Below, one piece after another: positions 19,574-29,349 of a stretch of 58,733 bases of DNA. The DNA is from a virus. Taxonomy: Duplodnaviria; Caudoviricetes. Below the pieces are notes generated by a model. The model was not told the origin of the DNA and did not search any database. It was given only the letters and a program-made list of their open reading frames with translations. The DNA lies in IMG/VR virus record IMGVR_UViG_3300037840_000178, positions 1 to 58,733 of that record; one strand, given 5' to 3'. The stretch's first letter is position 1; each line of letters starts with the position of its first letter. The position numbers and the translations under genes are program-made.

Positions 19574-20266
19574 ATGACCCTCCCCTTCGACTGGCTTATC
19601 GGCGGCCCCCCGATCGCAACGCCTGTCGTACCAGGTGGTGAGCCGCCCTATAACCCGACCTTCCAATCGGGCGATGTGCAGTACGCGGGGCCTAATAACA
19701 CCTTCGCCGGGAGCATCAATTTCATCTATGGGGAGGCGCTCCCGCAGCCGGAAGGCGGCACGGGTCCCGGTTTGATCTTGGGAAGTGGGCCGGGCGTCAC
19801 ATTTTTCGTCACCACCGATCAGGCGTACACAGTTTCGGATCCTGGGAATGAACTCATCATCGCTGCAGGCGAGACGCAGTCTGGCTCGAGCCAGCCAGGG
19901 GGCGAGCTCTTTTTACTAGGAGGCGCCTCAGCCCTTGGCATGGGTGGCTTGATGCAGGTCCAAGGTGGCACTTCCGCGAGTGGCCCAGGAGGGGATGCGG
20001 TCTTCCAAGGCGGTAACTCGACGGGCGGAATCCCGGGGGACGCCTTTATCACCGGAGGCCAGAACGGCACTCAAGGGGCCAACGTTCATTTGGTGATGAC
20101 TGAGATCAACAATATCGCGGGCGTCGTCAGAATTCGCGTTAACTCCACGCCCCTGATAGACTTTTTCGCTGACGGCTCCGTGTATCTCTACGGAGGCGGG
20201 GGTTTCGGTACAGCAGGGCAGCACTTAACTTCACAGGGTCCGGGGCAGCCGGTGATTTGGGCATGA
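19574..20266 (+). CDS. Gly-rich fibre/spike-like protein
   Basis: GDVQY..FAGS, repeated GG(E/D/L)xxxxGG units. Confidence 0.55.
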   Translation: MTLPFDWLIGGPPIATPVVPGGEPPYNPTFQSGDVQYAGPNNTFAGSINFIYGEALPQPEGGTGPGLILGSGPGVTFFVTTDQAYTVSDPGNELIIAAGETQSGSSQPGGELFLLGGASALGMGGLMQVQGGTSASGPGGDAVFQGGNSTGGIPGDAFITGGQNGTQGANVHLVMTEINNIAGVVRIRVNSTPLIDFFADGSVYLYGGGGFGTAGQHLTSQGPGQPVIWA

Positions 20267-20459
20267 AGAAGATAAAAGTCGGGCCGGCCGTAAAAGGAGA
20301 CGTGGGTTTTCAGCACGGTATCGAAGTTGATGTGTCGGATGAATTTTCTAATTGGATGAAAGGCGGATGTCGCGCGCCAATGAATGAATCACTCCGCTTG
20401 GAAATGAAAGAAATTCAGAAAAAGATCAATGCAAGCCGAGACGTTCCAGTGTGGAACAT

Positions 20460-21002
20460 ATGAGCGTCGAAAAAGCACTTCGCATCGCGCGAGAGAGTGG
20501 CGGACTCAACGCTTTACATGTGCCACATCTCAGACCTAAGAAAATACGCGAGCCGCGCGCTGAGAAGTTCGTCAAGCATTTGAATGCTGAGCACACGGGC
20601 CCTATTCACTCAACCGTCGCCGGCCGCACAGATCACTTGCCGATGCACGTACCAAGCGGCTCTTACGTGCTGCCAGCCGACATTATCAGCGCGGCCGGTG
20701 AGGGCAACACAATGGCGGGCTTCGCTCATGCAAAAAGAGTCTTTGGAGGCATGCCGCGTGGAGGCGGCGAGCAGCCCTATAACCACGAAGGGGGTCCATA
20801 TGGCATGGCGAGTGGTGGTAAATCCGATGGTGTGCCCATTGTCGCTGCGGGTGGGGAATACGTCGTCGCTCCGCATCACGTGCGAGCAGTGGGTGGTGGA
20901 GACCTTGATATGGGACACAAGGTGCTCGATGAGTTCGTCAAGCGAAAGCGGGCTGAATTGGTGAAGACTCTGAAAAAGTTGCCAGGACCGAAGAAGGATT
21001 AG
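20460..21002 (+). CDS. Virion-associated protein with tandem G..(T/S)D.(L/V)P....G(S/E)YV domains
   Basis: GRTDHLPMHVPSGSYVLPAD and GKSDGVPIVAAGGEYVVAP. Confidence 0.65.
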   Translation: MSVEKALRIARESGGLNALHVPHLRPKKIREPRAEKFVKHLNAEHTGPIHSTVAGRTDHLPMHVPSGSYVLPADIISAAGEGNTMAGFAHAKRVFGGMPRGGGEQPYNHEGGPYGMASGGKSDGVPIVAAGGEYVVAPHHVRAVGGGDLDMGHKVLDEFVKRKRAELVKTLKKLPGPKKD

Positions 21003-21224
21003 GGAGATGCTCAACTATACGATGACTTCAGACCCTGCAGATGGTGAAGTCGTCAGATTGGTCAGAATGGCGCACACGCAAGACGGCGAACCGCTCTACG
21101 TCATTCACGTGCCCAGATGGATGTCGCGCGGCGCTGCTGAAGACGAAGAAATCAGGCGTAAGGTGGCCGACGCCGTTACTGCGATTCTGCGTGAATATCC
21201 TCTCTATGCGTCGATCAACTGAAT

Positions 21225-21719
21225 ATGCCAGATGATCTCACCATCCGCCTCGCAACTACCGATGACCTCGATGAGGTTATGCGGCTGGCGGTGACTGCGT
21301 GTGAGGAAAATGGGTTTATCAATGCCTCGGTTGCAGCACTGGCCAAAGAGATCTATCCAGCGCTGGTACAAGACCATGGCCTATGCCCGGTTATCGGGCC
21401 ACCAAATGGCGAGATCCAGGGATTAGCCTTATTGCGCATCGGTTCTATGTGGTACGCGCCAGATACGACGGTGCTAGAGGAAAAGGCGATCTTTGTGTAT
21501 CCACAGTACCGATCGGCGAAGGGCGGCCGCGCGACGAGATTGTGCGAATATACGAAAAAGGTCGCAGATACACTTTCCATTCCACTCATCATCGGTGTGC
21601 TCAGCAATACGCGCACCGCGGGAAAGGTTCGCATGTATACGAGAATTTTTGGAGAGCCTGCGGGAGCTTTTTTTCTATATGGCGCTCGGGCTGTGCCTGG
21701 GCATGAGGTGGGGGCGTGA
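21225..21719 (+). CDS. GNAT-fold acetyltransferase-like protein
   Basis: IRLATTDDL, IFVYPQYRSAKGG. Confidence 0.65.
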   Translation: MPDDLTIRLATTDDLDEVMRLAVTACEENGFINASVAALAKEIYPALVQDHGLCPVIGPPNGEIQGLALLRIGSMWYAPDTTVLEEKAIFVYPQYRSAKGGRATRLCEYTKKVADTLSIPLIIGVLSNTRTAGKVRMYTRIFGEPAGAFFLYGARAVPGHEVGA

Positions 21720-22339
21720 GAAAAAAGAGGAGAAAGACGAAGGAGATCCGCGATCCCAAGATTTGCATAACATGCAATGTAGAGAAACCGCTCAGTGATT
21801 TCCCGATAAACAAAAAGATGGGAGACGGCCATCTCAACAGATGTAAGCCATGTGAATATGCCCGCGTGAAGGAGTGGCGCGAGGCTAATCCAGAGCGTGT
21901 TAAATATCTACAGGATAAGTGGCGCGAAGAAAATCCAGAGCAGTTCAAGGCACATTTACGCAAATATTACGTGACTCATCTGGATAGTTATTTGGCTAAG
22001 ACAGCCGCACGATATGAAAAAAATATCGAAAAGAGACGCGCTCAAGGCAGAGAGTACTCCCGTAATAATCCTTCATACAGAAATAAGAAAAATGCGACAC
22101 GTAGAGCCGCATATGTTCTCGCTGTGCCTAAGTGGTTAACGCCAATCCAGTGGGCGCAAATAGAAGAATTCTACGAAATCGCTCGCGCGAGGACGATGCA
22201 AACCGGAGTGAAATATCATGTGGATCATATCGTTCCTCTGAGAGCAAACAATGCGTGCGGTCTACATGTACCGTGGAACTTGCAAGTGTTGGAAGGTCGG
22301 GAAAACAACCGAAAATTCAACAAAGTGATGGAGATGTAG
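21716..22339 (+). CDS. HNH homing endonuclease
   Basis: CITC..CKPC Zn finger; HVDHIVPL..CGLHVPWNLQVL..N. Confidence 0.9.
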   Translation: MRKKRRKTKEIRDPKICITCNVEKPLSDFPINKKMGDGHLNRCKPCEYARVKEWREANPERVKYLQDKWREENPEQFKAHLRKYYVTHLDSYLAKTAARYEKNIEKRRAQGREYSRNNPSYRNKKNATRRAAYVLAVPKWLTPIQWAQIEEFYEIARARTMQTGVKYHVDHIVPLRANNACGLHVPWNLQVLEGRENNRKFNKVMEM

Positions 22340-22340
22340 C

Positions 22341-25300
22341 GTGGGAGGAAAAACTGCCCAATCGACGCAGCAAGTTTCCATACCTCCCCAGGTATTGGCA
22401 CAATATTCTGCGGTAAATTCCGAAGCGCAAGCCGCTGGAAGCAAGCCGTTTCAATATTACGGGGGCGAATTTGTTGCCCCGGTCAATAGTACGCAGCAGG
22501 CTGGAATTTCCGCAACTGGCCAATACTCGCAGGAGGCCCAGCCCTATTATTCTGCGGCAGCCTCGGGTTTAACTGGGGCACAAGCTGCAACCAATCCTGC
22601 AAACAACGCCGCTCTTGGACTCGCTGGCGCTTCATCTGAGCAAGTCAACGCGCAGCAAATCGGTCCTCAGCAAATATCGCAGTTCGAGAATCCGTATCTT
22701 GGACAAGTCCTTGGGTCGACGTCTGCCCTACTGAATCAAAATAATCAGCAACAGCAGTCTGGCGCGTTGGGTACTGCGATTCAATCGGGCGCATTCGGTG
22801 GAGATCGTACCGGTATTGCTGCTGCTAACTTAGAACAGCAACAGAATCTAGCTAACGCGAATATTTATAGCGGAATTGCGTCGAATGCGTTTAACACTGC
22901 ACTCGGCGCAGCTCAGCAGCAACAGGGCGTCAATCTTGGCGCTTCACAAGCAAATCGCGCAGCGCTTGGCGCGGCTGGTCAGGAGATAGCTGGCATTGGG
23001 TCAACTGCATATGGAGAAGGAGCAAATACCGCTAGCGAATTGGGGGCGCTCGGTAGTGGAGCGCAAAACTCCGCCCTGTCTGGCGCGCAAGCGCAGATCG
23101 GCGCAGGCACGTTAGAGCAGCAGACGCAACAGGCATCCGATACGGCGTTATACAACCAATTCTTGCAGGCCCAGTCATATCCTTTTCAGGTCGCAGGCTT
23201 TGAGGCCGGGGTGGCCGAAGGGACAGGTGCTCTTTCGGGGAGTACCACGACCACACAACAACCGGGAGGTTTTTTCTCTGATCGTCGTTTGAAGCACGAC
23301 ATCAAAAAAATCGGCAAAACATACGACGGCCAAACGATCTACTCCTACAAGATGCACGGTGATGCTCGCACGCACATTGGCTTGATGGCTCAGGACGTCG
23401 AGAAAAAGCATCCTGAATCTGTCGGCCTCGCTGGCGGCTACAAGTTCGTCGACTACGGCGCGGCGACGGAAGATGCTGCAAACCGCGGTCACTTCTACGC
23501 GGGCGGTGTTGTGCCCATTCGCAAAGGGCTCGCGGTGGGCGGGATGCCTTACTCGGTGGATCCTTCCTTGATGGGCGCGGGTTTGAACGGAGGGCAAACG
23601 CAACTTGGCATCCCGACCGCCTCAGGGCGCTCAATCGCAAATAGCGCGATCGCGGGCGCTGCGGCACCTACGCCCGGGACGAGTGGCATGGGTGGCTTAG
23701 TCGGCCTTGCAAACGGATCTGGCGTCATGCCGGGTGCGCGCCCTGTGACGCGCGCTTCGGGCGGCCGAGCGCACTATGACGGCGGCGGCTATGCGGGCCC
23801 TTACGGGGATTTGAGTTCGATCCTGGCGACCCAGGAGAACATGTATGCCCCCAATCAAACGAAGAATCGCAACATCCCATCGCAGCCCGCGCAAAGCCAC
23901 CAGTTAGCGGTGGCCTCCGGGAGCCCGACGCCGCCTCCTTCGGGGGCATCGAACGTGCAAACCTCAATCGGTTTGGGGAAGGATCTCTATGGCCTGGGGA
24001 ATAAGGGCTATAGCATGTACCAAAATAGCGAACTCACCCCCGTACAGATAAGCCCAAATGCGGTGACGATGCCTGTCCCCGATGCAGGGGCTTCTTCGCC
24101 CGTAGCCGCCCCCTCCTCTGGCCTCGCGGGAGGGGCTGAGGCTGGCGCTTCTGCCCCGACCGCAGGATTAGCAGGCGCTGATGCGGCCGCCGCCCCTGCG
24201 GCAACTGATGCGGCCGCAAGTGCTATCCCGGTGGCGGCCGATGCTGCAGGATCCGCAGCTGCGGGCGCCGCTGGCTCTGCGGCCGTGGGAGCTGCCGGCG
24301 ATGCGGCGGCAACGGAAGCGGCGGCACTTGCCGCAGAGTACGCGGCGGCAGATGCGGGGATCGCGGTTCTCGCCGCCAAGCGCGGCGGTCGAATCAAGCG
24401 CGCAGGATTAGATGCGGGCGGTGTTCCCTATGAGGCGGTCCCTGGAGGTGATCCATACTCATCCCCCGCTGGCCAGATGGACATCCCGGATGTTCAAGGC
24501 GCGGATAAGCTCCAAACCGCAGGGCCCTTAAAGAAGCAGCCCACGGGCCTTCAAGATGCGCTCCAGATGGGCAACATCATGGATTTAGGGAGCAATATCG
24601 GCACCGTGTTTAGCAACCAAGGGATTGGCTCGAAGCGCGGTGGGCGCATCCATAAGCAGGATGCCGGCGAGGTTGACGGCTCCGATGTGCTACCTGAGAT
24701 CGAAGTCGATGCCGAGCGCCCAGATCCCGAGGAGCAAGGCCCTCCGGCGGGGCTCGCAGGCGCCTCCGCGAATGGCGATCTCTCGCCCGTAGCGATTGAC
24801 TCCTCTGATACGAAGCTCGCCGCGCCTAAACGCTCCGGGCTCTCGGCCGTTGGGGACTTCTGGGATCGGAACAAGACTGACATTATCCCGGCGCTCGAGG
24901 GCTTGGCGGCGATGGGGACGGCCCCGACGCGGCACTTAGGAGTGGCGCTCGCGGCTGGGCTTGGCGCCGGGGCACAGTCGTACTTTCCCACCCAGCAGGC
25001 CCAAGCGAACCTCACTGCAACGAATCAGCAGAATCAATTGCAGAAGCTCTACCTTCAGTCAATGCAGAGCGCCGGGGGTCAAGGGGCTAGTGGCTCCTCC
25101 TCTCCCCGTGCTCAGCCTGCGGCTAGCCAATCTCCTGCAGATCCGAATGCACTCCCAGCTTACTACCAGCGCAAGTACGCCGTGCCGCCCATGACGCAGG
25201 ATGAGGCGGCACAGCTAGAGAATGCGCAGCGCTTCGCAAAGATAAACCCCGGACTCGCGCAAAGCGTTCAGACGGGGATCACGAATCGCATCCAAAATCA

Positions 25301-26528
25301 GCAGTTTGCCAACACCAAGGCCGCGCAGCTTGAGCATGATCAAAACTATACGGTCGCCACCGCGCCGTCGGGTAACTTCAATCTGCTGAAGCAGGTTGAC
25401 CCCTTGGTGGCGGGGAACATAGCCAAGTCATTGGGCTTCGATCCCTCAAGTACCCAAGCCCAAGTACCACCATCCGCCGACAATGCGGCCAAGATTGCGG
25501 CGACTAAAAAAGTGAATGCGATTCAGCAATGGACCGGAGATACATACAAGGATGAGGGCGGAACGTTCAGAAATGAGCGCACCACGAAGCCCGCGATTGG
25601 GGACGCGGCGGCGACTTTGACGCCTGAGCAGCAATCTCAGCGCCAAATCGAATTGGCCAAGCCCGTGACATATGGGGCGCTACTTCCGCAGCCCCTACGT
25701 AACGCCATAGGGCCTTCTCAGGGCGGCTCCGCGCCATCCCCCACTCAGGCGCCAGCGCTAGCTGCACCTCCTGTCCGTCGCCCTCTGGCTCGGCCAGGGG
25801 CAGCGCCGGCAGCAGCAGATGGACCCCAGGCCCCCGTTCAACCAGATCGTCTGCCGGGCGTAGATATCAATTCGATTCCAAAACTTCCTGGGCCACCTCC
25901 CGTAACGGATCAGGTATCTAAGGGCAATGCGGAGAATATTCTTTCTGCAAACAACAAAATCAAAAATGACGCACTTGATTCGTACAACGATCAGGTCAAA
26001 GCGGCGGCGCGCAACACGGCGCTCTACTCCCAACTCGATAAGAAGCTCGCGGTAGCTGACCCAAAGGCGTTTGGCCCCACCTCAAACTACTACAAGGCAT
26101 ACCAGGGACTTGTCACGGCGCTCCAGGGAGGGGATTCGCCAAGTGGTCTCGTGAATCAGGCCGAAGTCGATAAGTATCTAACGATGCTGGGGGTGGGGCG
26201 ATCCAAGCAATTACTGGGGGCTGATCAGCAACTGCGCCAGCAAGAAATGCTCACCCTCATGCAGCATGCTAATCCGAACATGAATCAGCCATTGGCCGCA
26301 GTCAAGGCTTTAGTGGCGTACGGCAAAGCGAATAATGAGTTTGACCTTAAAGGTGGCAATACCGCTATCGATGCGATCACGAGCGGCGCTAATCCGAGGC
26401 AGGTATCTGGCGTCATTGATGCGCGCCGGTCTGATTACATACAGCAGGCACTCGGTAATACGCCCGTGCGCACGGGGAAGGTCAACGGCAAGCCTGTTAC
26501 GCAATACGCCGATGGGACGATCAGATAA
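22341..26528 (+). CDS. Internal virion (DNA ejection/pilot) protein with internal Peptidase S74-like chaperone domain
   Basis: MGGK start, Gln/Ala-rich NPY..GAFGG.R region; SDRRLK..GLMAQDVE..VDY at residue ~313-373. Confidence 0.75.
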   Translation: MGGKTAQSTQQVSIPPQVLAQYSAVNSEAQAAGSKPFQYYGGEFVAPVNSTQQAGISATGQYSQEAQPYYSAAASGLTGAQAATNPANNAALGLAGASSEQVNAQQIGPQQISQFENPYLGQVLGSTSALLNQNNQQQQSGALGTAIQSGAFGGDRTGIAAANLEQQQNLANANIYSGIASNAFNTALGAAQQQQGVNLGASQANRAALGAAGQEIAGIGSTAYGEGANTASELGALGSGAQNSALSGAQAQIGAGTLEQQTQQASDTALYNQFLQAQSYPFQVAGFEAGVAEGTGALSGSTTTTQQPGGFFSDRRLKHDIKKIGKTYDGQTIYSYKMHGDARTHIGLMAQDVEKKHPESVGLAGGYKFVDYGAATEDAANRGHFYAGGVVPIRKGLAVGGMPYSVDPSLMGAGLNGGQTQLGIPTASGRSIANSAIAGAAAPTPGTSGMGGLVGLANGSGVMPGARPVTRASGGRAHYDGGGYAGPYGDLSSILATQENMYAPNQTKNRNIPSQPAQSHQLAVASGSPTPPPSGASNVQTSIGLGKDLYGLGNKGYSMYQNSELTPVQISPNAVTMPVPDAGASSPVAAPSSGLAGGAEAGASAPTAGLAGADAAAAPAATDAAASAIPVAADAAGSAAAGAAGSAAVGAAGDAAATEAAALAAEYAAADAGIAVLAAKRGGRIKRAGLDAGGVPYEAVPGGDPYSSPAGQMDIPDVQGADKLQTAGPLKKQPTGLQDALQMGNIMDLGSNIGTVFSNQGIGSKRGGRIHKQDAGEVDGSDVLPEIEVDAERPDPEEQGPPAGLAGASANGDLSPVAIDSSDTKLAAPKRSGLSAVGDFWDRNKTDIIPALEGLAAMGTAPTRHLGVALAAGLGAGAQSYFPTQQAQANLTATNQQNQLQKLYLQSMQSAGGQGASGSSSPRAQPAASQSPADPNALPAYYQRKYAVPPMTQDEAAQLENAQRFAKINPGLAQSVQTGITNRIQNQQFANTKAAQLEHDQNYTVATAPSGNFNLLKQVDPLVAGNIAKSLGFDPSSTQAQVPPSADNAAKIAATKKVNAIQQWTGDTYKDEGGTFRNERTTKPAIGDAAATLTPEQQSQRQIELAKPVTYGALLPQPLRNAIGPSQGGSAPSPTQAPALAAPPVRRPLARPGAAPAAADGPQAPVQPDRLPGVDINSIPKLPGPPPVTDQVSKGNAENILSANNKIKNDALDSYNDQVKAAARNTALYSQLDKKLAVADPKAFGPTSNYYKAYQGLVTALQGGDSPSGLVNQAEVDKYLTMLGVGRSKQLLGADQQLRQQEMLTLMQHANPNMNQPLAAVKALVAYGKANNEFDLKGGNTAIDAITSGANPRQVSGVIDARRSDYIQQALGNTPVRTGKVNGKPVTQYADGTIR

Positions 26529-28207
26529 TGGCAATCGACCCCTCGCAAGTGCAATGGGATGATGAGTCACCGACCGCGGCGGCCGATACCTCGGCGCCTA
26601 AGATAGATGCGTCTCAGGTTAAGTGGGACGACGATGAGCAACCCTCATCTACGCCATTCCAAGACGCGTGGGGCGCCGTCAAGCATCAGGGTGCGCAGTT
26701 AGTCAAAGCGGGTGCAAATGCGGTAGCGGCGCTCCCGCTCATGGCCATGGACGCTGGCGTTGGCGCGCGCAATTTATTTGGCAAAGTGACCGGCGTTGGT
26801 GGTACAGACTACGAGTATCCATCCCAGACGTGGCACGAAGGGATGAATCAGATTTTCGGAGCGCCTCAGAACGCCGTAGAGAAAGTGAATGACGTGGTAT
26901 TACCGATGATGCTAGGGGCTGCCTCGGCTTCATCGGAAGCGCCGTCCGCGATCCGCGCCATGATGGCTGGCCCGGCAGCTGCCGAACAAGCGCCTGCCAA
27001 CTTTGTGCGTCCCGCCGACGCGCAGAAGCAAGTTCTCTCGCAGACGATCAAGAAAGGCCAAGACTTAGGCATGGTGATGCCTCCTCAGACGACAAATCCT
27101 GGTCCTCTTAATGCGACGGTTGAGACGATCGGGGGTAAAATCCAGACGGCGCAAGGTGCGTCAATCCATAACCAGCCAATCGCCAACGCCGTCGCTGCAA
27201 AGGAACTTGGCCTGAATCCAGACGCGCCCCTCACTCCAGGAGCGGTCAAGTCCGTCATTAGCGATGCGGGCAAAGGTTATGAAGCGCTTCGAAATGTTGG
27301 ACAAATCACGACCGATCAGCCGTATCTAGATACGCTAGCCGATGTGTCATCAAAGGCCGCAGGGCCAGCAGCGTCTTTTCCAGGAAGCGCGCCATCGCCT
27401 CTGATCAAAGAAGCGGACACGATGCTTCAGCCCTCATTCGATGCGAGCCATGCGGTCGACAAGATCGCGCAGTTACGGGATGCCTCTAGCATGGCGTATC
27501 GCAATGGTGATACGCAGGTGGGAGCTGGCTACAGGCGCCTATCGAATGCACTGGAAGATCAGATAGATCGCGGTATATCCCAGAATCCGGATATTTCACC
27601 GTCGACTGTCGCGAATTTCAGAGCCTCTAGACAGTTGGCCGCGAAGGCTCACTCGGTGCTCGATGCGCTCAATCCATCCACGGGTGATGTGTCAATTCAT
27701 TCGTTGGCGTCTTCGGAAGACCCGCTGAGCGGCGGACTGAAAACGCTCGCTGATTTCGGGCGCGCCGCTCCCAAAGCCACGCAGGATGTGGCGAAGATCG
27801 GTAGCCACGGGGTTAGCCACTTGGACACCCTCGGTACCATGCTTGCCGGAGGTCTCGGCGAACATGCCGCTGGCCCAGCGGGGATAGCGTTGGGTGCCGC
27901 GTATCCAGCTGCGCGATGGGGCGCCCGCGCTTACGCATTAGGGCCGGGACAGTCAGCGGCATTGCCCAAAATTGCTACGGGCGCGGGCTCACCGAAGATT
28001 GCTGGCGCAGCCGTGCAGGCGCTGGAACAGGGCGATTCAATCCAGCGAGCTCGGGGGGGCAAGGTCGACATCGACACCCTGGTAAACAGACTTATCAAGA
28101 GATGGCACGAGGCGAAGAGGGCGACCGATTCGCATACCAAAGCGCTCTTAAAGGAGCCAGATAGCGTGATTGTAAAAGCTCTCAACGTAGCGCAGGAGCA
28201 CATTTAA
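26528..28207 (+). CDS. Internal virion (ejection) protein
   Basis: Ala-rich helical; follows pilot protein; N-terminal IDxSQVxWDD repeats. Confidence 0.65.
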   Translation: MAIDPSQVQWDDESPTAAADTSAPKIDASQVKWDDDEQPSSTPFQDAWGAVKHQGAQLVKAGANAVAALPLMAMDAGVGARNLFGKVTGVGGTDYEYPSQTWHEGMNQIFGAPQNAVEKVNDVVLPMMLGAASASSEAPSAIRAMMAGPAAAEQAPANFVRPADAQKQVLSQTIKKGQDLGMVMPPQTTNPGPLNATVETIGGKIQTAQGASIHNQPIANAVAAKELGLNPDAPLTPGAVKSVISDAGKGYEALRNVGQITTDQPYLDTLADVSSKAAGPAASFPGSAPSPLIKEADTMLQPSFDASHAVDKIAQLRDASSMAYRNGDTQVGAGYRRLSNALEDQIDRGISQNPDISPSTVANFRASRQLAAKAHSVLDALNPSTGDVSIHSLASSEDPLSGGLKTLADFGRAAPKATQDVAKIGSHGVSHLDTLGTMLAGGLGEHAAGPAGIALGAAYPAARWGARAYALGPGQSAALPKIATGAGSPKIAGAAVQALEQGDSIQRARGGKVDIDTLVNRLIKRWHEAKRATDSHTKALLKEPDSVIVKALNVAQEHI

Positions 28208-28275
28208 ATGGCTGTCGCGTGGTTGTTCGTATTGTACGTGTTGATTCTCTGTAATACGGCACGAGGACGCCGCTG

Positions 28276-29349
28276 ATGGCCGACCCTTTGACGCCAAATA
28301 AGGGCTTCGACTTACCGCTAACAGGGGAATACGGGAACGCATGGGGCCCAGTTCTAAACCAAAATTTTACCGACATCGATACGGCAATCGCTGGCTTTAC
28401 TAGCATCAGTGTGACAGGAGTGCCAAGCGGATCGTACCAGCTCTCACTCGCTCAGTATCTTCCGATGAACGTTCAATTCACCGGAACTCTTTCTGGGAAT
28501 ATTGTGTACGTCTTGCCTGCTGGCGTAACCGGTCTCTGGTGTATCTCGAATAACACGACTGGGGCGTTTTCTCTTTCCTGGGGAGTGAGCGGGGGCAATA
28601 ATTTCGCTATCCCGCAAGGACAGAACTCACTCATTATCTCAAATGGATCTGCAGTCGGCGTTGCACAAACGTCCCTGTCTTCGGCCAATCCAAGCGCCCA
28701 AGTCGGACTTGCGCCGATCAATGGCACGGCCTCAACGTACATGACCTCTGATTCTGCGCCGCCTCTCAATCAGAATATCGCCCCCACATGGACCAACAAT
28801 CATCAATTCAACGCAGCCGCTAGTTTTTTAGGGCTGATGGAATGCCACGATTCGCTAGTCATGGAAAGCGGGGCAACGCTTGATGGCACAGCAGGCACTG
28901 TGCTCGTTCCCACGCAGACAACTGGCAATAACACAACGATGAGCGCCTCTACCGCCTTTGTGCTCGCGCAGATTGCCGCGATCTTAGGCGCCTCTCCCGG
29001 CTTAGGGGGTGCCCCGACTGCGCCCACCGCTGCGGCAAGCACCAATAACACCCAGATCGCAACGACCGCTTTTGCCGTAGGGCCGGGACAAAATCTCGCA
29101 GGCAATGGATGGAAAGAGCTTCCCGGCGGATTCATAATCCAGTGGGGTATCAGCTCCTTCTCAAGTGGCGGCAGCTCGATCACGTTCTCTGCTGTCACCG
29201 GCAAAGCCTTCCCGAATAACGCCTTTATGGCCATTGCGAATGCCTATGGGTCGGCTGCGACGGCGTATGTGCAAAGCGTGACGACAACGACTCTGAGTGC
29301 GGTGAACGGTATTAGCGGTACGAATTCCTGGATTGCCTTCGGGAATTGA
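28276..29349 (+). CDS. Tail fibre protein with gp53-like C-terminal domain
   Basis: WG..LNQNF N-terminus; PTAPTA..NNTQIATTAF; NGWKELPGGFIIQWG..FPN..WIAFGN. Confidence 0.8.
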   Translation: MADPLTPNKGFDLPLTGEYGNAWGPVLNQNFTDIDTAIAGFTSISVTGVPSGSYQLSLAQYLPMNVQFTGTLSGNIVYVLPAGVTGLWCISNNTTGAFSLSWGVSGGNNFAIPQGQNSLIISNGSAVGVAQTSLSSANPSAQVGLAPINGTASTYMTSDSAPPLNQNIAPTWTNNHQFNAAASFLGLMECHDSLVMESGATLDGTAGTVLVPTQTTGNNTTMSASTAFVLAQIAAILGASPGLGGAPTAPTAAASTNNTQIATTAFAVGPGQNLAGNGWKELPGGFIIQWGISSFSSGGSSITFSAVTGKAFPNNAFMAIANAYGSAATAYVQSVTTTTLSAVNGISGTNSWIAFGN

